The notes under the pieces were generated by a model that worked only from the letters and a program-made list of their open reading frames with translations, ran no database searches and was not told where the DNA came from. A stretch of DNA of 64,000 nucleotides, taken from the NCBI GenBank assembly GCA_040755995.1, contig JBFMAF010000021.1, forward strand, positions 1 to 64,000, written 5' to 3'. Source of the stretch: Acidobacteriota bacterium. Lineage in GTDB: Bacteria; Acidobacteriota; CAIWXX01. This document shows positions 47,476 through 57,209 of the stretch, one piece after another (within the stretch, counting starts at the first letter, position 1; the number at the start of each line of letters is the position of its first letter). The position numbers were made by a program, and so were the translations under genes.

Positions 47476-49263
47476 CTAGAGGTTGTATCTGCCGGCTTCG
47501 ATGACCGAGTCGGTGATTGTCCGGCGAAGCGCAAACACATCGACGGAGGCTGCGTGAGCGTGGTTGAGCGCGCTTAGCTTCTTGAGCTTCGCGGCATGCT
47601 CGCCGCCGGTCACGACGTGGTTGATGAGGTCGCGGGTGAGCCCGGAAATGGCGGCGGATCCCCGGTCAACCGTGAGCCGCGCGATCGCGACCGGAATCGC
47701 CGGGTACCCGCACGCATGCACGCGCGACACAGTCGAGTCCATGGCGTAGAGCGCGATCAGGCAGTCGGCCACCGCCTGCATCACCTGCTGTTCGTTCTTG
47801 ATGTCCTTGCCGCAGTTGACTATCGCCTCCTGCACGGCGTAGGCCACGGCGCGCTTCGCCGCTGTCACCCGGGCGATCTCGACACCCAGCGGCCCCTCGG
47901 CCGCTCTGACAGCCAGCCTGTTCTTGCGGCACGCCGAGTCAACCTGCTCCATGTACTCCCTGAAACCGATGGCCGCGCCGAAGATGTTGCGCACGAGCGA
48001 GTCGACAACGACCATCCGGTTGATGTCGTTCGTCCCCTCATAGATCATCTCGATCACATTGTCGCGCATCAGTCTTTCGACCTGGTACTCCTCGATATAG
48101 CCATACCCGCCGTGAATCTTCACGGCGTCCACCGCGACGTTGTGCAACGTCTCGGAGGCCGCGATCTTGACGATCGAAGCCTCGAGAGCATGCGTCTTGA
48201 GCACGGCGGCGAGCGCATCCGAGGAGTCGTGGTTCTGGCCGAGCTGCGCTATGTCCGCGTCGATCGCGCCGATGGCACGATAAGCCATCGCGTCCAGAGC
48301 GTACGTGCGCGCGACCATCTCTCCGAGCTTCCCTCGCTGCATGTCGAACGTGATGATCGGCTGCCCGAACTGGCGCCGCTCGCGCCCGTAGGCCACGGCG
48401 AGGTTGATGGCGTGCTTGCAGGAGCCTAGTGAGCCGAAGCCGAGCTTCAGCCGGCCCAGGTTGAGGATGTTGAGGGCGATCTTGGCCGCGTCTCCCGGCG
48501 CACCCAGCAGGTTCTCCTTCGGCACGAGCACGTCCACGAAGGTCAGGCTGGTGGTGGACGACCCGCGAATCCCCATCTTCTTCTCTTCGGCCCCACGGCT
48601 GACGCCTGGCGACCGCAGGTCGACGATGAACGCCGAATACTGCCCGTTGATCCCCGCGAAGACGACACCGATGTCGGCCCATCCGCCATTGGTGATGAAT
48701 TGCTTTGAGCCGTTCAGGATGTAGTGGGTGCCTTCCGGATTGAGCACTGCTTTGGTCTTCCCTGAGAGCGCGTCCGATCCGGCGCCGGGTTCGGTCAGTG
48801 CGTAGCAGCTGATGAGCCCGGCCGATGCAAGAAGGGGCAGCCACTTCTTCTTCTGTTCTTCATTGCCGAATAGCACAATCGGCTGCGTGCCGATGCCGGT
48901 GTGCGCGCCGAAGGTGACGGCGAAGCTGGGGCTGCCGTACGACACCTCTGCTACGTACATCGCAGTGGTCTTGTCCAGCCCGAGTCCCCCGTACTCCTCC
49001 GGGATGTCAATCCCTAGGAACCCGATCTCGCCGCCCTTCTTGAGCAGATAGATTCCCAACGGAATGTCCTGCCCGTTGAAGGTGATGTGTTTCTTGTGCT
49101 CGATGTCCTCGATCCGGGTCATGACCTCCGTGTCGACGAACTGGCGCGAGGTTTCTCCGAACGCGATCTGGTCCTCGTTGAGCTTCTCACGCGTGAAGAT
49201 GCTCTCGGACGGGACGGGCGAGGTCAGAAATCCGCCTCCTCCCTTTGCCGATGATGAATCCAT
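47476..49263 (-). CDS. Acyl-CoA dehydrogenase (FadE-like)
   Basis: YALTEPGAGSDA, KMGIRGSST, RRQFG, IHGGYGY, IYEGTN. Confidence 0.94.
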   Translation of the reverse strand: MDSSSAKGGGGFLTSPVPSESIFTREKLNEDQIAFGETSRQFVDTEVMTRIEDIEHKKHITFNGQDIPLGIYLLKKGGEIGFLGIDIPEEYGGLGLDKTTAMYVAEVSYGSPSFAVTFGAHTGIGTQPIVLFGNEEQKKKWLPLLASAGLISCYALTEPGAGSDALSGKTKAVLNPEGTHYILNGSKQFITNGGWADIGVVFAGINGQYSAFIVDLRSPGVSRGAEEKKMGIRGSSTTSLTFVDVLVPKENLLGAPGDAAKIALNILNLGRLKLGFGSLGSCKHAINLAVAYGRERRQFGQPIITFDMQRGKLGEMVARTYALDAMAYRAIGAIDADIAQLGQNHDSSDALAAVLKTHALEASIVKIAASETLHNVAVDAVKIHGGYGYIEEYQVERLMRDNVIEMIYEGTNDINRMVVVDSLVRNIFGAAIGFREYMEQVDSACRKNRLAVRAAEGPLGVEIARVTAAKRAVAYAVQEAIVNCGKDIKNEQQVMQAVADCLIALYAMDSTVSRVHACGYPAIPVAIARLTVDRGSAAISGLTRDLINHVVTGGEHAAKLKKLSALNHAHAASVDVFALRRTITDSVIEAGRYNL

Positions 49264-49307
49264 CCTGCCTCCTTTCCGGTCAAGCAGACCGGCGCATGGT
49301 ACGTATG

Positions 49308-49340
49308 ACAGTTGTCAGTTGGCGGTTGTCACTTGTCAGT
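49308..49340. repeat. Heptamer tandem repeat (CAGTTGT-like)
   Basis: cagttgtcagttggcggttgtcacttgtcagt. Confidence 0.55.
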
Positions 49341-49434
49341 CGACAAACTACTGTCCGGTGGTCAAACGGCGCGCTTGCCGCTCCACCCCTCGGTGTCGCA
49401 TGCGGCGCGAAGCACCACATCAGGCCAGCAGCAC

Positions 49435-50118
49435 TCATGCTTCCCCCTTCAGGTATGCAAACAGCGGGCGGCCCCAGAGGTTCAGATTCCGTTCGATGAA
49501 CTCCCGGTCGATCCCGAGCAGTCCGATGAGGTTGAGCGTGAAGCCCAGGCTCAAGAAGTGCCAGGCAACCATGTGAGCGTCGATCTTGGGTTTGATGCTT
49601 CCATCACGCACAGCGCGCCGCAGAAGCTGCGCGATGTAGTCCACGAAGCTCGAGTACACCCGTTCGACCGCCCGCTGGATCTCCGGCTCTGACACCTCCG
49701 AGATCGCCTGGAACATCACGCGCGTATAATCACGGTCGCGGATCACCTTCTGGAAATGATGCACGCCGATTGCGTGGATCGACGACAGAGGATCGTTGTT
49801 CTGCGCCTCGATCTCCTTCCATCGCCCAATCATCCTCCTTCCGATGTATTCGATCAGGGTGATGAACAGGTGCCGCTTGGAGTCAAAGTACTTGTAGAGC
49901 GCGGGCTCCGACAGCCCGACCTCCTCGGCCAGCTCGCGTGTCGTGACCCTCATGTAGTTCTTGCGGGCGAAGGCGCGCAGCGACGCCAGCAGAATGGTCT
50001 CTCTGCGGGAATCGACCGCGGCTTCCGCCGGTGGATCGACCGGCCGCGGACCCTGTCGGCGAATTCTGGTCCTGGGTGCGGCGGGCATACGGTGAGCGGC
50101 TGGCGAGATCGGTCTCAT
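49435..50118 (-). CDS. TetR/AcrR-family regulator of the beta-oxidation operon
   Basis: TTRELAEEVGLSEPALYKYFDSKRHL HTH; AAGGA RBS. Confidence 0.9.
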   Translation of the reverse strand: MRPISPAAHRMPAAPRTRIRRQGPRPVDPPAEAAVDSRRETILLASLRAFARKNYMRVTTRELAEEVGLSEPALYKYFDSKRHLFITLIEYIGRRMIGRWKEIEAQNNDPLSSIHAIGVHHFQKVIRDRDYTRVMFQAISEVSEPEIQRAVERVYSSFVDYIAQLLRRAVRDGSIKPKIDAHMVAWHFLSLGFTLNLIGLLGIDREFIERNLNLWGRPLFAYLKGEA

Positions 50119-50237
50119 TCGTGATTTCCTTGATCGTTGGTGGAGCGGGCGCGATGGGGGGCGATGCCGGGGCGGCGCGGGTCACAGACGTTGGCCGGCG
50201 GCCCCTTGTCTTCCGGTCCAGCGTCTCTCGGCCACAT

Positions 50238-50259
50238 GGTTAGTGAGCACTCACTAACC
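50238..50259. promoter_or_regulatory. Putative TetR operator
   Basis: Perfect palindrome GGTTAGTGAG-CA-CTCACTAACC upstream of tetR. Confidence 0.75.
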
Positions 50260-50408
50260 CAGAGTTTACCTCATCGCGCGAAAATGGCAAGAAGTTTTTT
50301 CGGAGGCATGGGGCCTTCTATTCGCCGCGTCGGGACCGAGGAACGTGGGCACGGCGGGAAGCAGTTTGTGCTATCATGATTGGGTGGGAACAGAGGAGGC
50401 GAGCAGCC

Positions 50409-50624
50409 ATGACTATCGGCCACACGGCGTCCACGAGTCCGGTGGGCGAGGAACCGCAACGCCACGCTGATATCGAGGCAGGACACGCGGACAACGAAGG
50501 CGCGCTCGACCTGCTGCGCGAGTGGTTGGCAGACGAGAGCGGATACGACGAGAGCGTTTGGACACGCCTGCATGATGCGATAGAGGCGCATAGACTATCT
50601 GCCCGGCGCAGGTTCCGTGACTAG
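50409..50624 (+). CDS. Putative antitoxin
   Basis: Small acidic ORF with GAGGAGG RBS, overlapping the PIN gene. Confidence 0.7.
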   Translation: MTIGHTASTSPVGEEPQRHADIEAGHADNEGALDLLREWLADESGYDESVWTRLHDAIEAHRLSARRRFRD

Positions 50625-51117
50625 ATCTGTCATTCTGGATTCCGGGCCGTTGGCCAAGATCGCCCATCCGCGCCCGAATCGTGATATCGCCGAATGGTAT
50701 GAGCGAATCCTGCGTGCTGGCGTACGTGTGGTCATTGCCGAGATCGTCGACTACGAGATCCGCCGGAACTTCATTCTCGAGGGCCTCACGAGGTCTATCG
50801 ACAGACTGAACCGACTTGAGACCCGGCTGACCTACCTGCCTCTGAACACGGCAGCCATGTTGAGGGCGGCCCAGCTTTGGGCAGAGGCCAGGCGGCAAGG
50901 GCATCCCACGGCTGATCCCAAGGAGCTGGATGCGGACGTAATCCTGGCGGCTCAAGCCGAGCAGGCCGGCGCAACTGTAGTCACAGAGAACCCCGGCCAC
51001 CTCTCACTGTTCCTCGACGCATGTACGTGGCAGGAAACCGACTTCTTACCCGCGGCTCGTGCTGTGCCCAAGAACTTCTCGCGGCCGGGCCCGGCTACCT
51101 CGCGTACGACTCGATGA
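50617..51117 (+). CDS. PIN-domain (VapC-like) toxin
   Basis: VILDSGPL, YEIRR, LDADVILAAQA, TENPGH. Confidence 0.88.
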   Translation: MTRSVILDSGPLAKIAHPRPNRDIAEWYERILRAGVRVVIAEIVDYEIRRNFILEGLTRSIDRLNRLETRLTYLPLNTAAMLRAAQLWAEARRQGHPTADPKELDADVILAAQAEQAGATVVTENPGHLSLFLDACTWQETDFLPAARAVPKNFSRPGPATSRTTR

Positions 51118-52555
51118 CCCTCACGATGGCGGCCTGGCATACGGGGCAGAAGGGTTTCACACCCTTGCTGAACATGATGCAGTCGACCGACGGACGATAC
51201 AGCCCGCCGCTCGAGTAGCCCGCGCCCTCGAAGACGCCGACCTTGCCCGCATACTTGCTGGCTGCCAGGTACTCGTCGACCTTCTTCGCGTGATCGGCCG
51301 CCATCCGCTCGCTCTCAGCCTCCAGCTTCTCCAGCGCAGGCCCGCCCCCGGCGCGCTTCAGCGCGGCGATCTTCTGCTGCACCTCCTCGCGCACCTTCTG
51401 ATACTCGCTGTCCATCTTGTCGAAATCGGCCTTCTCCCACCGTGTCGGCACCTGGATTCCGGGCGACAGCAGGGTGCTCCACTTGACCTTCGGCGGGTTT
51501 AGCAGGGCGGTGATGTTGGCTTCGAGCGGCTCGCTGCCGCGCGGATAGAACTCGTTGTAGGCGGTGGTGGATGCGTAGTACTCGTCGGCAAGTCCGGCGA
51601 AGCTGTGGCCGAACTCGTGCAGGAACACATAATCGGTGTACTGGTTGTTCGAGGTGGTGGTGCAGTACCAGTTGTAGATGCCCCCTCCGCCGTAGCGCGC
51701 AGTGTTGACGAGGATGTAGAGAGCGTCGTAAGGAGCGTGCGCGGCCAGATCCCGGAGCGCCCGGTTGTCCTCGACCAGGAGATACCGATAAACACCGAGC
51801 GAATCGAAGCTCGACCCCACGACGGTCCTCTTGTAGCTGCCGTGACTGGGCTCGTCGCAACCCCTGTCGGCCGATGCCTTGTAGATCCCGCGCACGTTGA
51901 ACAGAGCCCTCCGGCTCTTGTACGGCTCCTGGGCGAACATCAGCTTCGTGAGACGTTCGGCGTCTCCCTTGAATTTCGCGCGGTCAGCCCCCGTATATCC
52001 TTCGGCCACGAAGAGGATGTCCACCTTCTGGTGCGGATCACCGCTGTCAAGGAAGGTGAGGGCTTCGGCGTCGCCCCGCGGCCCCTCCCGGTTTACCTCT
52101 ATCGCCGCCGGGTCGATAACGATGTCGAAGAAACGACGGAACACCAGGCTGCGGTCGCGTGCCTCGAGTGTGAATTGCACCTTGCCGCGAGGCATGGGCA
52201 TCAGCACCGTCTCGTGGTATGCCCGCCTGGCCCCAGCCAGCGCGGCCGACGTCGTGCGATACTCGCCGAAGTAGCTGTCGAAGCCCTTGGAGAAGATGAG
52301 CCGATTGGTGGCGAGGTCATACACCTTGACCATGTATCGGCCCAGGTTGAGCTCGTCGATCACACTCGTGGTGCTCCCCGCCCAGGCTCCCTGTTCGTAG
52401 AGCTGATCCAGCGTGGCCGATTCGCTCGACGCATCGCCGACGTGCACGTAGTCGACTCTCAAGGTTCGATCCACGAAAACGGCGTCGAACGCCGGGTCGG
52501 CCGCGGCGACCGCTGCCGCTGCCGACAGCGCCAGAGCGATCAGTGCTCTCGTCAT
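51095..52555 (-). CDS. Peptidase M64 (IgA peptidase family), secreted
   Basis: Signal peptide; AEGYT, YGGGGIY, HEFGHSFAGLADEY, CIM...FCPVC. Confidence 0.92.
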   Translation of the reverse strand: MTRALIALALSAAAAVAAADPAFDAVFVDRTLRVDYVHVGDASSESATLDQLYEQGAWAGSTTSVIDELNLGRYMVKVYDLATNRLIFSKGFDSYFGEYRTTSAALAGARRAYHETVLMPMPRGKVQFTLEARDRSLVFRRFFDIVIDPAAIEVNREGPRGDAEALTFLDSGDPHQKVDILFVAEGYTGADRAKFKGDAERLTKLMFAQEPYKSRRALFNVRGIYKASADRGCDEPSHGSYKRTVVGSSFDSLGVYRYLLVEDNRALRDLAAHAPYDALYILVNTARYGGGGIYNWYCTTTSNNQYTDYVFLHEFGHSFAGLADEYYASTTAYNEFYPRGSEPLEANITALLNPPKVKWSTLLSPGIQVPTRWEKADFDKMDSEYQKVREEVQQKIAALKRAGGGPALEKLEAESERMAADHAKKVDEYLAASKYAGKVGVFEGAGYSSGGLYRPSVDCIMFSKGVKPFCPVCQAAIVRVIESYAR

Positions 52556-52581
52556 GAATCCTCCCGATTGTGAGACGCCGG

Positions 52582-53706
52582 TCAAGGAAGCCCGGTGACC
52601 CTGCGGTAGATTTCCAGAATCTGTGGGGAGATGTAGCTCGAGTCTATCCTGAAGGTCGGGCTCGACTGGGCAAGCTGCCGGAACTCTTGCTCGGCGTTAC
52701 TCAGCGCCTCCCGGTCCTCCTCGCCCGACACCAGGTAGATCGCCGCGTAAGAGCAGCCCAGGAAGAAGCGGCATGTGGCGTTCAGGCGATCCCGAGCGAG
52801 TGCCGCTTCCAGGCTCACGACGGCCTCGCGGTAGCGGCCGTCGAAGTAGTTGGCGAGCCCCGAGCGGACCAGGTCCCGAAGATTCATCTTCTCCATGGTC
52901 GCTGCGCGCTCCACCTCCTCCACCTTCCTCAACCACTGCGCCGCCTCGCGATGGGCCGGGTCTATCGCGAGGACCGCGTTGGCGGCGTCGCGGACGGCCC
53001 GGTAGTTGCCCGCGGCAAACGCCTGCGGCACCCCCGAAAGCAATCGTGAGATCGCACGGCGTTGCTCCGCCATCCGCCGCTCGTCCAGCACCTTCCTCGC
53101 CTTCTCGATGCCGGCTGTGGCCTCGGGGTCGCCCGGGAAGATCGCGAAGACCTTCTCGAACTCGACAATGGCCTCCTCGTACTTCTGCTGGTCCAGCAGA
53201 GCGTTTGCGACGAACAGCAGATTGCGGCGCTTCACGTCGGCCCGCTCCACCGCCGTCACCTCCTGTGGTCCAGTTCTGGTCGGCCCCTGGGAGGAAGTTC
53301 CCGGCTGATCGCCGGTCGGCGGCTTTCGGTCAGGAGGACGCTTCAGCCTGTCGTTGGCTTGTTGGCGCAAGTCACGCATCTCCTGGAAGGCGAGTGAGAC
53401 CCGATTGATCTCACCGTAGCGCTCCTCCGTGGCAAACGCGTTCAGAGCGTCTGAGTAGCGCCCCCCCAGATAGTAAGCCTTGCCCATGTAGAAATACGGG
53501 AAGTACTGGATGTAGACCATCCCGTACGTTTTCGCCCTGACGGACGACTCCGGCCGCTTTTGCACGGCGCTCTGAAAATACGAAACGGCCGACGCGCTGT
53601 CCCCACGTTGGAGGGCATCGAGCCCGCGTTGATAGTCGGCGTACCAGGGGTCCTCGGCGAGGAGCGGAGCCGCGACGAGAAGAAGAACCGCAGGAAGGCG
53701 TCTCAT
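52582..53706 (-). CDS. Secreted tetratricopeptide-repeat protein
   Basis: Signal peptide MRRLPAVLLLVAAPLLA; multiple TPR-like helices. Confidence 0.8.
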   Translation of the reverse strand: MRRLPAVLLLVAAPLLAEDPWYADYQRGLDALQRGDSASAVSYFQSAVQKRPESSVRAKTYGMVYIQYFPYFYMGKAYYLGGRYSDALNAFATEERYGEINRVSLAFQEMRDLRQQANDRLKRPPDRKPPTGDQPGTSSQGPTRTGPQEVTAVERADVKRRNLLFVANALLDQQKYEEAIVEFEKVFAIFPGDPEATAGIEKARKVLDERRMAEQRRAISRLLSGVPQAFAAGNYRAVRDAANAVLAIDPAHREAAQWLRKVEEVERAATMEKMNLRDLVRSGLANYFDGRYREAVVSLEAALARDRLNATCRFFLGCSYAAIYLVSGEEDREALSNAEQEFRQLAQSSPTFRIDSSYISPQILEIYRRVTGLP

Positions 53707-53828
53707 CGCCCAAGAATATACCACACCTGGGCGAGGCCGCGCCGCGGACACGCGGACACCCGGGTGCATCCGGCTGCACTCCCTTTGCCTTCGTGAAGAC
53801 GTTCTGCCACCTGCGCCGCATCAGGCGG

Positions 53829-55529
53829 CTAGTAGCCGATAGTCCTGCCCCATCTGCGAGAGTCGCTCGCACCGAGCCACATCTGAGCTTCCGGATCAAA
53901 CCAGATCCCCTGAGCGTCACCCCATGTGCCGTCGGCAACGACTATCTTGTGACCCATCGCTTCGAGGGCCGAGATCCCGTCGGCCGTAAGGCAGCGAGGC
54001 TCGACCTTTATCTGGTCCGGCAGATATTGGTGGTGGAATCGCGGCTGATCGATCGCCTCCTGGATGTCCATTCCATGATCGATCAGGTTGATCAGGATCT
54101 GGATGACCGTGGTCGGGATGGTCGAGCCGCCGGGTGAGCCTACGACCCCCATGAGGTTGCCGTCCTTGACTACTATTGTCGGCGTCATCGAACTGAGCAT
54201 GCGCTTGCGCGGCTGAATCGAATTGGCCTCGGAACCGACCAGCCCATACATGTTCGGATGACCCGGGCTCGCCGAGAAGTCGTCCATCTCATTATTGAAC
54301 AGCATTCCGGCAGCCATACGGCCGCATCCATAAGCACCGTTCAACGTGTAGGTCGTGGACACGGCGTTCCCGGCCGCGTCGACGACACAGTAGTGCGTGG
54401 TCTCCAAGGCCTCGTGCTGGCGCCCTTCCAGCATCGAGCTTGCGGTCGCCCGCGCTGGATCAATCGTCTCTCTCAACCTGACGGCGTATTCCTTGCTCGT
54501 CAGCTTCGCGGCATCAATCCGAACGAAGTCGGGATCGCCAAGGAATCGAGCGCGATCGCAGTAGGCGCGGCGCATGGCCTCGGCGATCCAGTGGACGGCC
54601 CTGGAGGAGTGAAAGCCGAGCGATCGCAGGTCGACCGGCTCCAGCGTGTTGAGCACCTGGGCCAGGATGATTCCACCCGAGCTGGGCGGCGGCATCGAGT
54701 ACATTTCGTACCCGCGGTAGGTCAGCCTGATCGGCTCGCGCCACACGGGCTTGTAGCTCTCGAGATCCTCCCGCGTGATCAGCCCTCCTCCACTGCCCAC
54801 GACCTCCGCGATCTCCTTCGCGATTCGGCCACGGTAATAGGCCGCAGGTCCATCCCTCTGAATCGTCGCGATCGTGGCAGCGAGCGCGGGCTGCTTGAAC
54901 AGTTCACCTTCCTCGAAGAACTTGCCATTGCGCAGGAAAAGCGCGTCGGACTCCGGGAAGCTGCCGAGCAGGTCCTTCTCTTCGCGTAGCGACTGCGCCA
55001 GCGAGTACGGCACCGCGAATCCCGCTTCAGCCAGCTCGCGCGCGGGTTCGAGTAGTTTGTCGAACGGCAGGTGGCCTAGCTTCCGGTGCAGCTCGTAGAG
55101 GCCGGCAACAGTGCCGGGTACACCGGCGGCCAGGAATCCTTCGCGCGAGAGATGATCATCGACCTTGCCTGTTGCATCCACGTACATGTTCCGGGAGGCG
55201 GCCTCTGGCGCGGTCTCGCGATAATCGAGCGCAACGACACGCCCGTCGGCTGTGCGAACCACCGAGAAGCCGCCGCCGGCCAGATTGCCCGCCTGCGGAT
55301 ATGTCACTGCGAGCGCGAAGCCGACCGCTACTGTCGCGTCAACAGCGTTGCCGCCCGCCTGGAGTATCTGCACGCCCATACCGCTGGCGATGGACTCTGC
55401 GCTGGCCACCATGGCATGCGGAGCCCGAACAGGGTGCGGCGACGCGGCGCGACACGGGGCCGCGGCGGCGGCGCCCATCGCAAGGATCAGCCCGGCCCCG
55501 ATCGAGCGCCAGCCCATGTCCGGGCGCAT
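53829..55529 (-). CDS. ggt: Gamma-glutamyltransferase
   Basis: GGNAVDA, DYRETAP, PPPSSGG, ETTH autocleavage site, NNEMDDF, LSSMTP, GSPGGS; start uncertain (55529 or 55517). Confidence 0.95.
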   Translation of the reverse strand: MRPDMGWRSIGAGLILAMGAAAAAPCRAASPHPVRAPHAMVASAESIASGMGVQILQAGGNAVDATVAVGFALAVTYPQAGNLAGGGFSVVRTADGRVVALDYRETAPEAASRNMYVDATGKVDDHLSREGFLAAGVPGTVAGLYELHRKLGHLPFDKLLEPARELAEAGFAVPYSLAQSLREEKDLLGSFPESDALFLRNGKFFEEGELFKQPALAATIATIQRDGPAAYYRGRIAKEIAEVVGSGGGLITREDLESYKPVWREPIRLTYRGYEMYSMPPPSSGGIILAQVLNTLEPVDLRSLGFHSSRAVHWIAEAMRRAYCDRARFLGDPDFVRIDAAKLTSKEYAVRLRETIDPARATASSMLEGRQHEALETTHYCVVDAAGNAVSTTYTLNGAYGCGRMAAGMLFNNEMDDFSASPGHPNMYGLVGSEANSIQPRKRMLSSMTPTIVVKDGNLMGVVGSPGGSTIPTTVIQILINLIDHGMDIQEAIDQPRFHHQYLPDQIKVEPRCLTADGISALEAMGHKIVVADGTWGDAQGIWFDPEAQMWLGASDSRRWGRTIGY

Positions 55530-55631
55530 CACCGCGTCTCCGGGTCTCCGCGTCGGCGCGTCGGTACCGCCTGGGAATCGCGAAGCATCCGGGTTTCCGG
55601 CCTCCAAGCCCTATGGCCAAGAAAAAACAAA

Positions 55632-55707
55632 TGGCGCGCCTGGCAGGAGTCGAACCTGCAACCTGCGGCTCCGGAGGCCGACGCTCTATCCTTTGAGCTA
55701 CAGGCGC
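55632..55707 (-). tRNA. tRNA-Arg (anticodon CCG)
   Basis: Minus strand GCGCCTGTAGCTCAAAGGATAGAGCGTCGGCCTCCGGAGCCGCAGGTTGCAGGTTCGACTCCTGCCAGGCGCGCCA. Confidence 0.95.
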
Positions 55708-55786
55708 GCAACAACGTGATGATAACCGAAAAGCAGGGCGCGACGCAAACTCAAACTACTGTTTGTGATCGCGTTGGGCCGGTGAA

Positions 55787-55921
55787 AGAGACGCGGAGAC
55801 ACGGTGACGCGGCGATGCGGTGAGGCCGTGACGCCGAGGCGCGCATGAGGCTGTCTCTGCGCGTTTCCCCGTCTCCGTTTCTCCCATTCCCCCTTTCCCC
55901 GATTCTCCGTTTCCCCGCGTC
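55787..55921. repeat. Octamer tandem repeats in inverted arrangement
   Basis: gagacgcggagacacggtgacgcggcgatgcgg ... ttccccgtctccgtttctcccattccccctttccccgattctccgtttccccgcgtc. Confidence 0.6.
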
Positions 55922-56043
55922 AGCTCCATGTAAGCAGCCGGCACGCGAACGAGACAGCCTGGAAGAAGCACCACAGCCTGGAAAAAACAGCTATTGCGGG
56001 CCGCTTGGAGCTTGATGTATAAATTGAGTCAGGTGGGATTCAA

Positions 56044-56622
56044 ATGATAGTCCAGTGCACTGAGTGCCACACCAAGTACAAGGTTGACGACTCCAAGTTC
56101 GCCGGCAAGCCCGCCAAGAAGATCAAGTGCCCGAAGTGCGCGCACATCTTCGAGGTGAAGAATCCGGCGGCATCGACTCAGGCGCCTCGCCGCGCCGCGG
56201 TGGAGGAGCCTCCGGAGGCTCCGCCGGACGAGACGACGGACATGAAGGAGAGCCGCGAGCGGATGGTTGCGGACATGATGGGCGGAGGCGTCCTGGAACT
56301 GCCGCCCGACAAGAAGCTCTCATTGGCCGTCATCCGTGGAGCCAACCAGGGCAAGATCTTCCCGATCGACAAGCCGCGGATGACGATCGGGCGCTCCAGC
56401 GCCGACATCGTCGTGAATGACCTGGAGGTCTCCCGCCAGCATGCTGCGATCGAGGTCTTCTCCGACAAGTACGTCCTGCGGGATTTGAACTCGACCAATG
56501 GGACGTTCGTCGAGGGGGTGAAGATCAAGTTCCAGCCGCTGGACAACCACTCGGAGTTCCGGGTCGGCAATACGACGCTGATGCTGATCGTGACGGGTAC
56601 GGAAGAAGACGAGATGCTGTAG
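56044..56622 (+). CDS. MJ0042-type zinc-ribbon plus FHA domain protein
   Basis: CTECHTKY...KCPKCAHIF; IGRS...VSRQHA...DLNSTNGTF. Confidence 0.9.
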   Translation: MIVQCTECHTKYKVDDSKFAGKPAKKIKCPKCAHIFEVKNPAASTQAPRRAAVEEPPEAPPDETTDMKESRERMVADMMGGGVLELPPDKKLSLAVIRGANQGKIFPIDKPRMTIGRSSADIVVNDLEVSRQHAAIEVFSDKYVLRDLNSTNGTFVEGVKIKFQPLDNHSEFRVGNTTLMLIVTGTEEDEML

Positions 56623-56916
56623 CGCGCCGCGCGAGGTCCCTGGCGACATGTAGCCGACCGCCTCGGCGCAACCTCCGTGCGCCCGTTTTTCTAGAACAGA
56701 ATCGGAACTGGGCCATGCGATTGACTCTTCTGGCTTCCTATTGATCGCGGGCCACGACTGATCGTACTGCGCAGGCGCCGGGCCCGTTTCGATACACCTA
56801 TTCGGCTTTTCGTATTCGACTCCAAACAATTGGATGGATCGAGGTATGTGCACACGGTCAGGGCGATACAGATTCGTGTTTTCAATGGCTTAGGATGCGG
56901 CTCTGCAGTGGGCCGT

Positions 56917-56932
56917 TGGCACTCATATTGCA
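56917..56932 (+). promoter_or_regulatory. Sigma54 promoter of the second TonB receptor
   Basis: TGGCAC-TCATA-TTGCA; IHF-like TTTCAA-TGGC-TTA at about 56880-56892. Confidence 0.8.
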
Positions 56933-57209
56933 CAGAATTGCTAATCAGAGGGTTTTCTGCCTAAGCGGAATTTTGGGGACTTTGCTCAAGGAGGTGGACC
57001 AGCGCTTAATCAAGAGTCCATTTCGAGGGACAAGGTCGGTGGTGCAGGCCACTGACCCTGGGTGAATGGTAACCCGTGAGGAGGCCGAGGGGACTTTGCA
57101 GGGGTGGCTGGCGGACCGAGAGGGGAGCCAGGCAGTGGCCTGGGAGGAAGGAAGCAGAGGCGGCCCTGCGGTGCCCGCATGATCGGCTCTTCATAGAAAG
57201 GAGAAGTTG

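Noticed and set aside
57000..57200. Cobalamin or c-di-GMP riboswitch upstream of the TonB receptor
   Set aside because: B12-box and GEMM consensus elements not found; kept only as an unassigned structured-leader candidate
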